Source: an uncultured Planctomycetota bacterium
GTDB lineage: Bacteria > Planctomycetota > Planctomycetia > Isosphaerales > Isosphaeraceae
Direction: 5' to 3'
DNA length: 64,000 nt
NCBI GenBank assembly: GCA_963823665.1
Contig: CAWGMQ010000005.1
Coordinates: forward strand, 224,001-288,000
Positions 10,236 through 22,700 of this stretch are shown here, piece after piece. Both the position numbers and the translations under genes were made by a program. Under the pieces are notes generated by a model. That model saw only the letters and a program-made list of their open reading frames with translations. It ran no database searches and was not told the origin of the DNA. Positions within the stretch are counted from its first letter, which is position 1, and every line of letters begins with the position of its first letter.

Positions 10236-12603
10236 TCGGATTTCCTCATCTGAAAGGGAGTGCTCTTGGCGATTCCCACGATCAATGACGAGAAACGATA
10301 ATCCCTGGCGCGGGCCTCGCGTAGGATCTTGCGGATGGCGGGGGCGTCGCTCGTCTCGATGCCCCTTCCCAGAGCGAACGTCAAGAGTTTTTCGGTCAGC
10401 GTGCGCACGAACACTTCCGGTCTCTTGAGCAAAGCTTGTTCCAGGCCGGTCACTCCGTCGAACTCGCTGCCGTCGGGAAGTCCACCAGTCGAGTCGACCG
10501 TTTTGCCTTCCTCGGAGCTGCGCCAGCGCCCCACAGCGTCGAAATTCTCAAGCGAGAAGCCGACCGGGTCCATGAGCTTATGGCAGCCTGCACATGCTTG
10601 ATTGGCCCGATGTTCGGCCAGGCGCTCGCGCACCGAGAGCGAGGATAGGGCGGTGTTGTCCTTCAGGGAGGGTACGTTAGCAAGAGGCGGAGGCGGCGGC
10701 GTCCCGACGATGTTCTCAAGCACCCATTTGCCGCGAATGACCGGCGAGGTGCGGGTTGCATAGGACGTCACGGTCAGGATGCTCCCGTGGCGGAGCAGAC
10801 CGCCTCGCGGGGTGGTGCTGTCAAGTTGAACGCGGCGGAAGTGACTGCCGTGAATGTGAGGAATACCATAGTGCTTGGCCAGGCGCTCGCTCAGATAAGT
10901 GTGATCGGAGTAGAGGAGATCGACGACGCTGCGGTCTTCGCGCAACATCTCGTCGAACAGGAGCTCTGTCTCTCGCCGGAGCGCCTGACGCAGATTGTCG
11001 TCGAAGTCAGGGAAGAGACGAAGGTCGGGAGTGATCGAATCCAGGTTTCGCAGATGGAGCCACTGACCGGCAAAGTTGGTCGTCAGGTTCCGCGCGCGCG
11101 GGTCCCCGAGCATGCGGCGGACCTGGCGTTCGAGCACATCGGGCTTCTCGAGCTCGCTTCGCGCGGCCAGGTCGAGCAGCTCGTCGTCGGGGATGCTGCT
11201 CCAGAGGAAAAACGAGAGGCGTGAGGCGAGTTGGATGTCAGGGATCCGGTAGGCGGAGTTCGATGGGAGGTCAGACGGGGGCAGTTCGATCCGGAACAGA
11301 AAATGCGGGCTAACGAGCACAGCGCTCAGTGCCATCTCGATCCCGGAGTCGAAGTCCCCTTCTTTCCGAGCTTTTCGAAACAGCTCCATAGGTCGCTGGA
11401 GGTCAGAGTCGGAGATGCTGCGGCGGTACGCCTTTCGCATGAGCGTGGTGAGAATTCGCGTCGCGCAGGCCTCGTCCTCGCCTGGTTCCTTCGGTTCGCA
11501 GATGAAGACCTTGCGGCGGCCCGGCGGCTCGCCGTGTCCTTGGCCGGAATAGGGGCCAGTGATTGAGATCTGGTAGAGCGCCGGAGATTGCCGAGGGTGC
11601 CGGTGCACGTTGAAGTGAGCTTGGTACGGCTGGCACTGGTCTCCATGAGCGAACCTGAGTTCTTGACGAACGTGACCCCAAGTTTGTGCGGACCGGCGGT
11701 AACTCGAACGCGGGCTTTCAGGTGCTGGTCAGCCGTCCCATGTTCGCTATCGTTTTTCGGGGCCTTGACGGTAAACGATGCCTTCCGGTCGCGGTCCAGC
11801 AGCACTTCGATCTCGTGAGCCTCGCGGAGGCCTTCGACCTGCTCGTTCCGGTCCCGCGCCAGTCGGAGCTGAATCTCGTACTCCCCGTCCTGCGGGAAGG
11901 TGTACGAAATCAATAAGCCGCCCCTCGTCCCGAAAGGTAGGCCCTCGATATGCTCTTCCTGCGTGATGTCCGGACGGACCCGGATCGTGTCGCCGCCCGG
12001 TGAGCGGCCGGGAGTGCCGACCGCCATCTTGCTGATCTTCTGCGCGGCGGAGATATATCGTTCGAGCAGCGTGGGAGACAGGTCGCCGACCGTCACGTTA
12101 TCGAATCCGTGGCTGGAATCATCCGGGGGCAGAAGCGCCCTTGCATCGATGTCGAGCGCAAGGAGGTCGCGGATCGCGTTCTGGTACTCGGTCCGGTTGA
12201 GCCGGCGGAAGGTGTCCGGCCGGCCGGGCTCGGGGCGTGCTTCGGCCTCCCGATCGAGCGATCCCGCGATCATCGACACGAACTTGTCGTACGTCCGCCC
12301 TGTAGGCCGTATTTCTCCCGAGGGAGGCATCTGCCTTGCAGTCAGGCGACGGACGACCTTTTCCCAGACCTTGGGATGCTGACTCACTTCGTCCCTGGCG
12401 AGAGAATCCAGCGCGAGGTTTCCGGCCTTGTCCTCCTGGTTGTGACAGGAGGCACAATACAGACTGACGAACCGAGTCCTTTCCTCTTGATCGGTCTCGA
12501 CCACCGAGGGCACAGGATGAGGCCGGGCTAAAGAGACCATGAATCCGCCCAGAACGAACAGGATTGACAACCCGAACAGGCTGGTCGTTCCCCATCGATT
12601 CAC
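10232..12603 (-). CDS. DUF1592 family planctomycete cytochrome c protein (DUF1587/1595/1592/1588/1585); one frameshift near 11630
   Basis: CASCH and CAGCH heme motifs, RRLNRTEYQNAIRDLL, LASRLSFFLWSSIPD and TSPVIRGKWVL. Two overlapping ORFs (11326..12603 and 10232..11608). Confidence 0.88.
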
Positions 12604-13007
12604 GAGGTGGGCCCCGAGGTTATGGAATCAAGGAAGTTTCGGGTAGGCGGCTCTCGTCAATTAATTCTACCGCATGACGCCCTGGCAAGCACGTCTGGCG
12701 TTTGTTCCGCGACGGCAAGGCCGTCATCTCCGCCGAGCACGAGTCGCGGGTTCCATTCCTTCCGGAACCGCAGGGCGAGGGCCCAGGCCGCGCCCTCCTC
12801 GCGGCCATCACTCAATTCCAGCTCGCCGGGTAAGGACCTCATCGGTTTTCTCCAGAGGACGCCAGTGGATCCATGTCCATCGGAAACCGATTTCGCGCAC
12901 CGCTGGGTTGGCTTACACGATCTTGTTATGAATGTGATCGGAAAAGCAACGAGATAGAGGGCCGCCAGAGACTCGGACTGGAAAGCGAGATCGCCGGGGT
13001 GAGAGCG

Positions 13008-13631
13008 ATGTCGGACGGCCTGTTTGAAGACCTGAAAGGCACGCTGAGCGCTAGCGACGAAAAAACGTTTGCGAGAGTTTATGAGAAGGTCCTGCCCAAC
13101 GTCGTCCAGGCCGCCAGGCGTAAGTTCGGCGAGCGCATCCGCTGGTACACGCCGGAAGACGCGGCTTCGTCCGCCGTGCGCACAGTCTATCGTCGCCTCA
13201 AGGAAAAACAGCTCCAGGAATTGAAGACGTGGAAAGACTTCGAAGACCTGCTGGTCACGGTTGCGTACCGCAAGTACGTGGACCGGATCCGCCGGGCCCT
13301 GGTTGAGTCAAGGGCGCGGGAACGGATCGCCCTGGACCTGGAAGCCCCGGATGGGTCACAGGGCCAGGCTCTGGATTTGCTCGCCGCGGAGGAATCCCAG
13401 GCCGAGGCGCTCGAGGTCCTGCAACTCTTGAACGAAGTCCCGCACGACGACGTGGAATGTCTCGTCTTGCGCGGCAAGCTCGATGGAGACACGGAGCAAA
13501 CCATTGCCGACGAGCTCGCCGCGAAGACGGGCGAGCCTTGGTCGAAGTACATGGTCCGAAGGATTTGGGAGAAGATCCGGATGCAATTCTTGCAGCGGGC
13601 CGCGATCCGATTTGGTTGTTCCGAAGGGTGA
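13008..13631 (+). CDS. ECF-type sigma factor (planctomycete Sigma70_ECF-like)
   Basis: ARRKFG...EDAASSAVRTVYRR and LLVTVAYRKYVDRIRR (region 2), LDGDTEQTIADEL...VRRIWEKIR (region 4 HTH). Confidence 0.7.
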   Translation: MSDGLFEDLKGTLSASDEKTFARVYEKVLPNVVQAARRKFGERIRWYTPEDAASSAVRTVYRRLKEKQLQELKTWKDFEDLLVTVAYRKYVDRIRRALVESRARERIALDLEAPDGSQGQALDLLAAEESQAEALEVLQLLNEVPHDDVECLVLRGKLDGDTEQTIADELAAKTGEPWSKYMVRRIWEKIRMQFLQRAAIRFGCSEG

Positions 13632-13777
13632 CCGGTGCCGCGTAGCCCGGCTCTGCTCCGCTGCAATTGCTCACTCGGAAATTAATTTGAAACCGCATCA
13701 AAGCGTCGAAGCCGCGCGCAGATCGAGTTCGCTTTCTTGATCCGCCGCGGCGATTCTGCAACTAAGGAAGGCGACCA

Positions 13778-16700
13778 ATGCCGACTCCTGACCCCAGGCG
13801 AAGCGACGAAAGGCCCGATGGCAAACGCCGCAAGATGAGCCGCCGCCGGCTCGCGATGCAGATGAAAAAGAAGCGCCAGCAGTTCCAGCCCGACTTCCAC
13901 GGCCTGGAACGCCGGATGATGCCCTCGACATTCACGGTCACGGATACGAGCGATTCGGATGCCGGCTCGCTGCGACAGGCGATCCTCAACTCGAATTCGA
14001 CTCCCGGATCGAACACGATCGACTTCAAGATCGGCTCGGGCGCCCAGACGATCTCGCTGCTCTCGCCGCTGCCGGCCATCACCGTCCCGGTCTTGATTGA
14101 CGGCACTTCGCAGCCGGGATACACGGGTGCGCCACTCATCGATCTCGACGGCACGGGCGCCGGAACCGGCTCGAACGGCTTCGACCTCGCAGCCGGGTCG
14201 CGTGGGAGCACCATCCGCGCGCTCGTGATCAACAATTTCAGCCTGGCCGGAATCTTGATCGGAAGCATAGGCGATACCGTCCAGGGCTGCTACATCGGCA
14301 CCAATTCCGCGGGCACCGCGGGCGGCGCCACGCCGATGACCTATGGCGTGTATGTGGTCGAGCCCGGCAACATGATCGGCGGCAACGGCGCCGGCACGGG
14401 CAATGTCATCTCGGACAACGCCTACGGCATCGTGATCCACGGCACGTCCGCAACCGGAAACGTCGTGGCCGGCAACCTGATCGGCACCAACTCATCCGGA
14501 AGCACCCCGGTTGGTAACACTGCGTATGGAATTGTGATCCAGAACGGAGCCGCGGGCAACTGGATCGGTGTCAATTCGCTCCACGGACCCAGTAGCGCGA
14601 ACCAGGGCAACGTGATCGCCGGCAGCTCGAGCGGCGGAGTCCTGATCCAGGACTCCGGCACCACGGGCAACGTCGTCGCCGGCAACCTGATTGGCCTGAA
14701 CGTCAACTCGGGCGGCCAGGTTATCGACGGCCTCGGCGACGGCTTTGCGGGAGTCGAGCTGGTGAGTGGCGCATCAGGGAACTGGATCGGCGTCAACGCG
14801 GCCGCCGGGTCCGGGACGGAGAACGCTCTCCAGCGCAATGTCACCTCCGGGAGCTACATCGGCGTCGCAATTTACAACACAGGCACGAACGGCAATGTGG
14901 TAGCCGGCAACCTGATCGGCACCGACCCCAGCGGCACGACCGCCGTCCCCAACCAAACCTTCGACGCGCCGATTAGCTATGGCGTCGTCATCGCCGTGGG
15001 AGCCTCGTCGAACCTGATCGGAACCTCCGGTCAGGACGGGGTGGACGACGCCTTGGAACGGAATGTCATTTCCGGAAATACGCAGGTTGGCGTTTATATC
15101 TACGGCGCCCAGGGGCGCCGACCACGGAAAATGTCGTCGCCGGCGATTACATCGGCACGACCGAAGCGGGCACGGCCGCGCTCGCAAACGGCTATGGCGT
15201 CACAATCCAGCTCGGGGCCGCGAACAACTGGGTCGGCGTCAACCCCGTCTACGGCGCCGAAGACTCAGACGAAGGCAACGTCATCTCGGGCAACACGAAC
15301 GCAGGGGTCTTGATCAGCAATTCGGGCACGACCGGCAACGTGGTCGCCGGCGACTTCATCGGGACGAATGCGGCCGGCACGCAGGCGGTTCCCAACTCGG
15401 CTGGCGTACAAATCTATACAGGGGCCTCCGCCAACACGATCGGCGGGACCGTGGCAGGGTCAAGAAATGTGATCTCCGGTAACACGAACACGGGTGTCGA
15501 TCTTGGCCAGATCGGAACGACCGGCAACGTGGTTCTGGGGAATGACATCGGCACCAATGCGACTGGCACGGCCGCCCTCGCCAACTTCAATGGATTGGTG
15601 ATCGAAGGCGGGGCGTCCCTCAACACGATCGGCGGCACTTTAGCCTCGGCCGCCAACGTGGTGAGCGGCAACACTGACTACGGCGTGGCGATCGCCAACA
15701 GCGGATCGAGCGGCAATTTGATCGTGGGCAACTACCTCGGCACCGGCGTCACCGGCTCCACGGCGGTGCCGAATGGGTTGGATGGCATCTCGATCGGCAA
15801 CCAGGCCAGCGGCAACACCGTCGGCGGGACCGTCCCTGGGTCGCGAAACGTGATTTCCGGCAACGACTACGCCGGTGTCGAGTTTGGCCAGAGCGGGACG
15901 ACCGGCAATGTGGTTCTGGGGAATGACATCGGCACCAATGCCGCTGGCACCGCGTCGCTCGCCAACGTGTATGGCGTGGCGATCGCCAGCGGCTCTTCGG
16001 GCAACACGATCGGCGGCACGTCCTCGGGCGCGGGCAATACGATCGCGTTCAATTCCCAGGAAGCAGTCGAAGTAGTCGGTGCCTCGGCCGCGATCCTCGA
16101 AAACTTGATCTTCCAGAACGGATTCGGCATCCTCCTCTTCTCGGGCGGAAACAACAATCAGATCGCGCCGGTGATCACCGGCGTCACGTCGGAGGCAACC
16201 GCTGCGACGTCCTCCCAGACGACCATCTCGGTGGACCTGACCGCGGCGGGGTTCACGTCCGGCTCGACTTATTCGCTCGACTTCTTCGCCAGCGCATTGG
16301 CTGATCCGACCAGCGGGGTCGAGGCCCATATTTACCTGGGAACCCAGACATTCACGGGGGGTGCCACCGGCAGCGTCACGTTCACTTCGCCCATGCCGCT
16401 GCTGTCGGCAAACGAGACAGTCACGGCGACGGCGACGCTGCTTTCTGGGTCGACGTTCACCAATACCTCGAGTTTCGCCACGGCCGCCCCGGTCACCGAG
16501 ACCTCCAACTTCATCGTCACCACGACGAACGCAACCGGAGCCGGCTCGCTGGAACAGGCAATCCTCGACGCAAACGCCGATACCACCAATACCACGCCCT
16601 ACACGGTCACGTTCGCGATCCCGACCGGGAGCGCTCCGTATACGATCAACCTGCCATCAAGCGGCTTGACCCCGATCGCTCGCCCGGTCGTGCTGGACGC

Positions 16701-19700
16701 GACGAGCCAGCCGGGATACGCCGGCTCGCCCATCATCGTGCTCAACGGGACCGGGATCTCGGGCAGTGGGCTAGTCCTGGGCACCGGGTCCGAAGGCAGC
16801 CTGATCAGTGGCTTCGACATCATCAACTTCACTGCTACCGGCACCGCCGGGATTGACATCGCCTCGGCCGGCAACGCCGTGCAGGCCAGTTACGTGGGCA
16901 TTCAAGCTGGCGGAAGTGCGGCGGCCGGGAACTCGGAAGGCATCCTGATCACCGGCTCGAACAACACGATTGGCGGTGTGGTCCCCGGCGCCGGCGATCT
17001 GATATCGGGCAACACGACCTACGGGGTTGAGATCTTCGGCGCGGGCACGTCGGGGAACGTGGTCGAGGGTGACTTGATCGGCACGAGCGCGGCAGGGACC
17101 ACGGCCCTCGGCAACGGTGTCGACGACCTGGTGATCACAAATGGAGCCACCGGCAACTGGATCGGAGTCAATCAGGTCAATGGCCCGGATAACGCGGACC
17201 AGGGCAACGTGATCGCTGGCGGCGCCTCCGTCGGCCTACTCATCGAAGGCGCCGGGACGACGGGCAACGTCGTCGCCGGCAACTTGATTGGCCTGAACGT
17301 CGGCTCTCAAGGTCAGGTCATCGACGGCCTCGGCGACGGCTTCGCCGGAGTGTGGATCATCAGTGGAGCATCGGGCAACTGGATCGGCGTCAACGCGGCC
17401 GCCGGTCCCGGCACCCAGGACGCCCTCCAGCGAAACGTGATCTCCGGGAGCTATATTGACGTCGGGATGGACAACAGCGGAACAACCGGCAACGTGGTGG
17501 CCGGCAACCTGATCGGGACCGACCCGACGGGAACAGCCGCCGTTCCGAACCAGACTTACGACGCCCCCCAGAGCACCGGCGTTTACATTGAAGGGGGGGC
17601 CTCGTCGAACCTGATCGGAACCTCCGGTCAAGATGGGGCGGTCGCCGATGCCCTCGAACGCAACGTGATCTCCGGCACCACATCAAGTGGCGTTCTGATT
17701 GACGATCAGGGAATAGCGACGACGAGCAACGTGGTGGCCGGTAACTTTATCGGCACCACCGCCGACGGGAGTGCCGCGCTCGGCAACTCGAACGGTGTGA
17801 CGATCGCACAGGGCGCCTCGAGCAACTGGGTTGGTGTGAACTCGGTCTACGGTCCGGAGAACGCCGACCAGGGCAATCTCATCTCGGGCAACTCAAACGC
17901 CGGCGTCTATATCACCAACGCGAACACGGCGAACAACGTCGTTGCGGGGAACGACATCGGCACGGACGTAACCGGCACGAAAGCGTTGCCGAACGCCGGT
18001 CATGGCGTGGCGATCTACGATGGTCCGCAAGGTAATATCATCGGAACCAACGGTGATGGCGTGGCAGACGCCTTGGAGCGGAATCTCATTTCGGGAAATG
18101 GCCAGGACGGCGTCGCGATCGCCGGCTTCACCGTTGAAACCGACGACAACGTGGTCGCCGGGAACTATATCGGCACGGACGTCACCGGCACGTTACCGCT
18201 GGGCAACCAGGCACGAGGCGTGGAAGTGTACGGCATGGCCTCCTTCAATCGAATCGGGGTCAACCCCGGTGACGTCGGAGCATTGGCGGAAGGAAACGTG
18301 ATTTCCGCCAATCAGGGTTTTGGCGTCTGGATCTGGCACGGAGCGGCGAGCAATGTCGTCGCCGGGAACGTGATCGGGACCAATGCGGCTGGTACGGCCC
18401 CCCTGGCCAACAGCGCCGGCGTGGAAATCGCAGACGGCGCCTACAATAACTGGATCGGGGTCAATCCGGTCTATGGTCCGGAGAACGCCGACCAGGGCAA
18501 CGTGATCGCCGGCAACACGAGCAACGGCGTAAATATCCAGGACTCCGGGACGACGGGCAACGTCGTCGCCGGCAACCTGATCGGCTTGAACGTCAACTCC
18601 CAGGGCCAGGTCATCGACGGACTCGGCAACGGCGAGTTTGGAGCCCCAGTCTTCAACGGCGAGTCCGGAGTCGCAGTCTACAGTGGCGCATCGGACAACT
18701 GGATCGGCGTCAACGCGGCCGACGGGCCCGGGACAGAGAACGCCCTCCAGCGCAACGTGATCTCGGGGAGCTATCTCGGGATCGCGATTTCCGGCACGGG
18801 AACGAAAGGCAACGTGGTGGCTGGGAACCTGATCGGGACCGACCCGACGGGAACGGCCGCTGTTCCCAACCAGACTTATGACGCCCCAGTGAGCCTGGGC
18901 GTGGACATCGCCCTGGGGGCGTCCTCGAACCTGGTCGGGACCACGGGTCAAGACGGCGCGGTCGCCGACGCGCTCGAACGTAACGTGATCTCAGGCGGAA
19001 CTTACGGCGTTTATATTAACGCGTCGGGGACCGCGACCACGGGCAACATCGTGGCCGGTAACTATATCGGCACGACCGCGGACGGCAGCGCCGCGCTCGG
19101 CAATACTTGCGGCGTGGTTATCGCACAGGGCGCTTCGAACAACTGGGTTGGCGTGAACACGGTCTACGGTCCCGCGAATTCCGACCAGCGAAACACCATC
19201 TCCGGAAACACCGGAGACGGCGTGCTCATCACGGATGCGGGCACGACCGGCAACACGGTCGCCGGCAATTTAGTCGGGACCGATGTCAGCGGCTCACGTG
19301 CGCTGGGCAACGCTGCCAACGGCATCTTGATCCAGTCCGGCGCCACCAACAACACGATCGGGGGCACGATCGCCGGCGCCGGCAACGTCATCTCGGGAAA
19401 CTCGGATACAGGGATCGAAATCGCCAACCCGACGACGACCGGCAATCTCGTTCAAGGGAACTTGATCGGACTCGACCTCTCGGGCTTGCATCCCCTGGGC
19501 AATGGCAGTACGACTGCGCAAAGCTCCTCCGGCATCTGGCTCTACCACAGCCCCGGCAACACGATCGGGGGGACGACGGCAGCGGCTCGCAACGTCATTG
19601 CCGCCAACATGGTCAGCGGAATCTACATCTATGGCCCGGATGGCGGCAACAACCTGGTCGAGGGCAACTATATCGGCACGGACGCCACGGGCACCGTTGC

Positions 19701-22700
19701 ATTCGGAAACCACAACGACTCCATAACCATCGACACGGCCCCGAACAATACGATCGGCGGCTTGACCAGCACGCCCGGCGTCGGGCCCGGCAACGTGCTG
19801 TCCGCAGCGACGGGAGGAAGCGGCGTCTTCATCTATGGAACCTCTGGCACCGGCAACCTGGTCGAGGGCAACCTGATCGGCACGAATGCCAACGGCACTG
19901 CCGCCCTGGGAAACGTCCTTGACGGTGTCGCCCTTTACGCCGCTCCGGGAAACACGATCGGCGGCACTGCGTCAGGCGCGGCGAACGTCATCTCCGGCAA
20001 TGCACCATACGGCGTCTGGATCACTAGCACCGGCGCCACGGGCAACCTGGTCGCGGGCAATGACATCGGCACCGACATCACGCGCACCGTGGCGATTGCC
20101 AACGCCGTAGGCGTGGAGATCGATACCGGCGCCTCCGGTAACACAATCGGCGGAAATTCAACCGGTGCGCGGAACATCATTTCGGGCAATACGGACGACG
20201 GCGTGGAACTGAGCGGCTCAGGTACAACCGGAAACGTGGTGGCCGCCAATTACATCGGTACTGGCGCAACCGGAACGACCTCGATTGCCAACGGCACGGT
20301 CTTTGTCACCGACCCGAGCGGAAATGATACCAACGGTGGCGTGTTGATCGCCAGCGGCGCCAGCGGCAATCTGATCGGGACCTCCGGAGAGGACGGGACC
20401 AACGACGCCCTCGAACGAAATGTCATCTCGGGAAATGGGTTCACCGCGCTCGTCATTGACGGCGCGGCAACGACCGGCAACGTAGTCGCCGGCAATTATC
20501 TGGGGACGACCCCGTCCGGCGAATCGGGTCTGAGCAACGGCATCTATGGCGACGGAGTCGATCTCGTCTCCGGAGCGCACGGCAACTGGATCGGGGTCAA
20601 CTCGGTTTACGGAGCGGAGACTGCCGACCAGGGCAATCTCATCTCGGGAAATAACGGCAGCTTCTCCGTCGGCATCTACATCGACCCCACCGCCACCGGC
20701 AACGTCGTCGCCGGCAACTCAATCGGCACCGACTCGAGCGGAGCCAGCTCGATTCCAAACACCGTGGGCATTGACATCCTGGGGCCGTCGAACCTGATTG
20801 GTACGTCAGGCCAGCACGGTGCCGCTGATGCCCTCGAGAGAAACATCATTTCGGGAAGTTTGCAGCAGGGAATCGAGATCACCGATTCCACCGCAAGCGG
20901 CAACGTCGTCGCCGGCAACCTGATCGGCACCAATGCCAGCGGCACCGCCGCGCTAGCCAACAGCGTCGGCTTGCTCTTGGGCGACGGTGCGACGGCCAAC
21001 ACGATTGGCGGAAACGTCACCAGTGCGCCCAACATCATCTCCGGCAATACGGGTGACGGCGTGCAGATCACCGGCGCGAACACGACCGCCAACGTGGTCG
21101 CCGGAAACCTGATCGGTACGAGCGCCTCCGGATCGTCGGCGCTGGGCAATGCCAACGACGGCGTGGAGATCGATGGCGCCCCGAGCAACTCGATCGGTGG
21201 TGTATCGAGCCCATCCCGCAACGTGATCTCTGGCAACGCCAACTGGGGCATCTTCGTAACCGGCAGTGGTGCCACCGGCAACCAGATCAAGGGGAATTAC
21301 ATTGGACTCGAAGCCAACGGCACTGCCGCGCTGGGTAATGGTCTCTCGGGGATTCTGATTGCAGGCGGCTCTTACAACACAATCGGGGGAACGGCCAGCG
21401 GCGCCCGCAACGTGGTCTCCGGGAACCGAAATCACGGGATACAAATCGGGATCTCCAGCAACAACGTCGTGCAGGGGAACTATGTCGGCACCGATGTAAG
21501 CGGCACCTTGAATCTGGGAAACTCGGGCGCCGGCGTTGTGCTCGGGACCGGCGGGCCGACCGGAGGCGCAACAAGCAACCTCGTCGGCGGCAGCGTCCCC
21601 GGGGCGGGCAACTTGATCTCGGGCAATGGCTGGGTGGGCGTGCTGATCTTGGACTCAGGCACACAGTCCAATATCGTCGCCGGCAATTCGATCGGCACCG
21701 ATGTCAGCGGCTCGCATGCGCTCGGCAACGCGCAGGGCGGCATCTTGATCGAATCCGGCGCCTCGAGCAACACGATCGGCGGCACAACCGCCGGCGCCGG
21801 CAACGTGATCTCCGGCAACGTTGGCGTCGGCGTCGAGATCACCGGCCCGACATCAACCCACAACGTCGTCGCGGGCAACTGGATCGGCACCAACTCCACC
21901 GGCACCGCCGCACTCGGCAACGCCGGCGACGGCGTTTTGATCGATCAATCCTCGGCCGACACGATCGGTGGGACCTCGACCGGGGCCGGCAATCTCATCT
22001 CCGGCAACACGAGCGGCGTGGAGCTGAGCGACGCCACTGCCAACCTCGTCCAGGGAAACCTGATCGGCCTGGACCAGACGGGCACACACGCCCTCGGCAA
22101 CAGCGGGGCCGGAGTCCTCCTCGACGCCGGTTCCTCGTCCAACACGATCGGCGGGGCCTCAGGTGGTGCGCGCAACTTCATCTCGGGGAATGCGGAAGGA
22201 GTGATGGTGACCGGCGCGGCCACCACGGACACCTTGATCGCGGGGAATTTCATCGGCACCGACGTCAAAGGGGCCGTCGCGGTGGGCAACCTCACCGCCG
22301 GCATCGACCTCGCCGGCGGCACGTTCACGACCATCGGCGGAACGACCGCATTGGCCCGCAACCTGATCTCGGGTAACCACGGCGACGGCCTCGACGTCGG
22401 CAGCGGCGGCGCAAACACGCTGATCGAGGGCAATGACGTCGGGATCGACGAGACCGGAGCGAAGTCACTCGGCAACGGCGGCGACGGACTTTCGATCGAT
22501 GCCGCGCCGGGCACCACCATCGGCGGCACGGTCCACGCCGCCGGCAACGTGATCTCCGGTAACGCGCAGGCCGGCCTCTTGATCGAGGGCGCGGCCAGTC
22601 CGGCGCCTCTGGTCCTGGGCAACCGGATCGGCAGCGACAATTCCGCCACGACCGCAATCGGCAACGGCACGTTCGGCATCATGTTGAACGCCGCGACCGG

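Noticed and set aside
15112..15115. Phase-variable homopolymer controlling the giant gene
   Set aside because: A four-G run is short for phase variation, and similar one-base losses occur throughout the window.
14558..19210. Duplicated blocks as a diversity-generating retroelement template/variable pair
   Set aside because: All copies are in-frame coding sequence, differences are not confined to adenines, and no reverse transcriptase is present.
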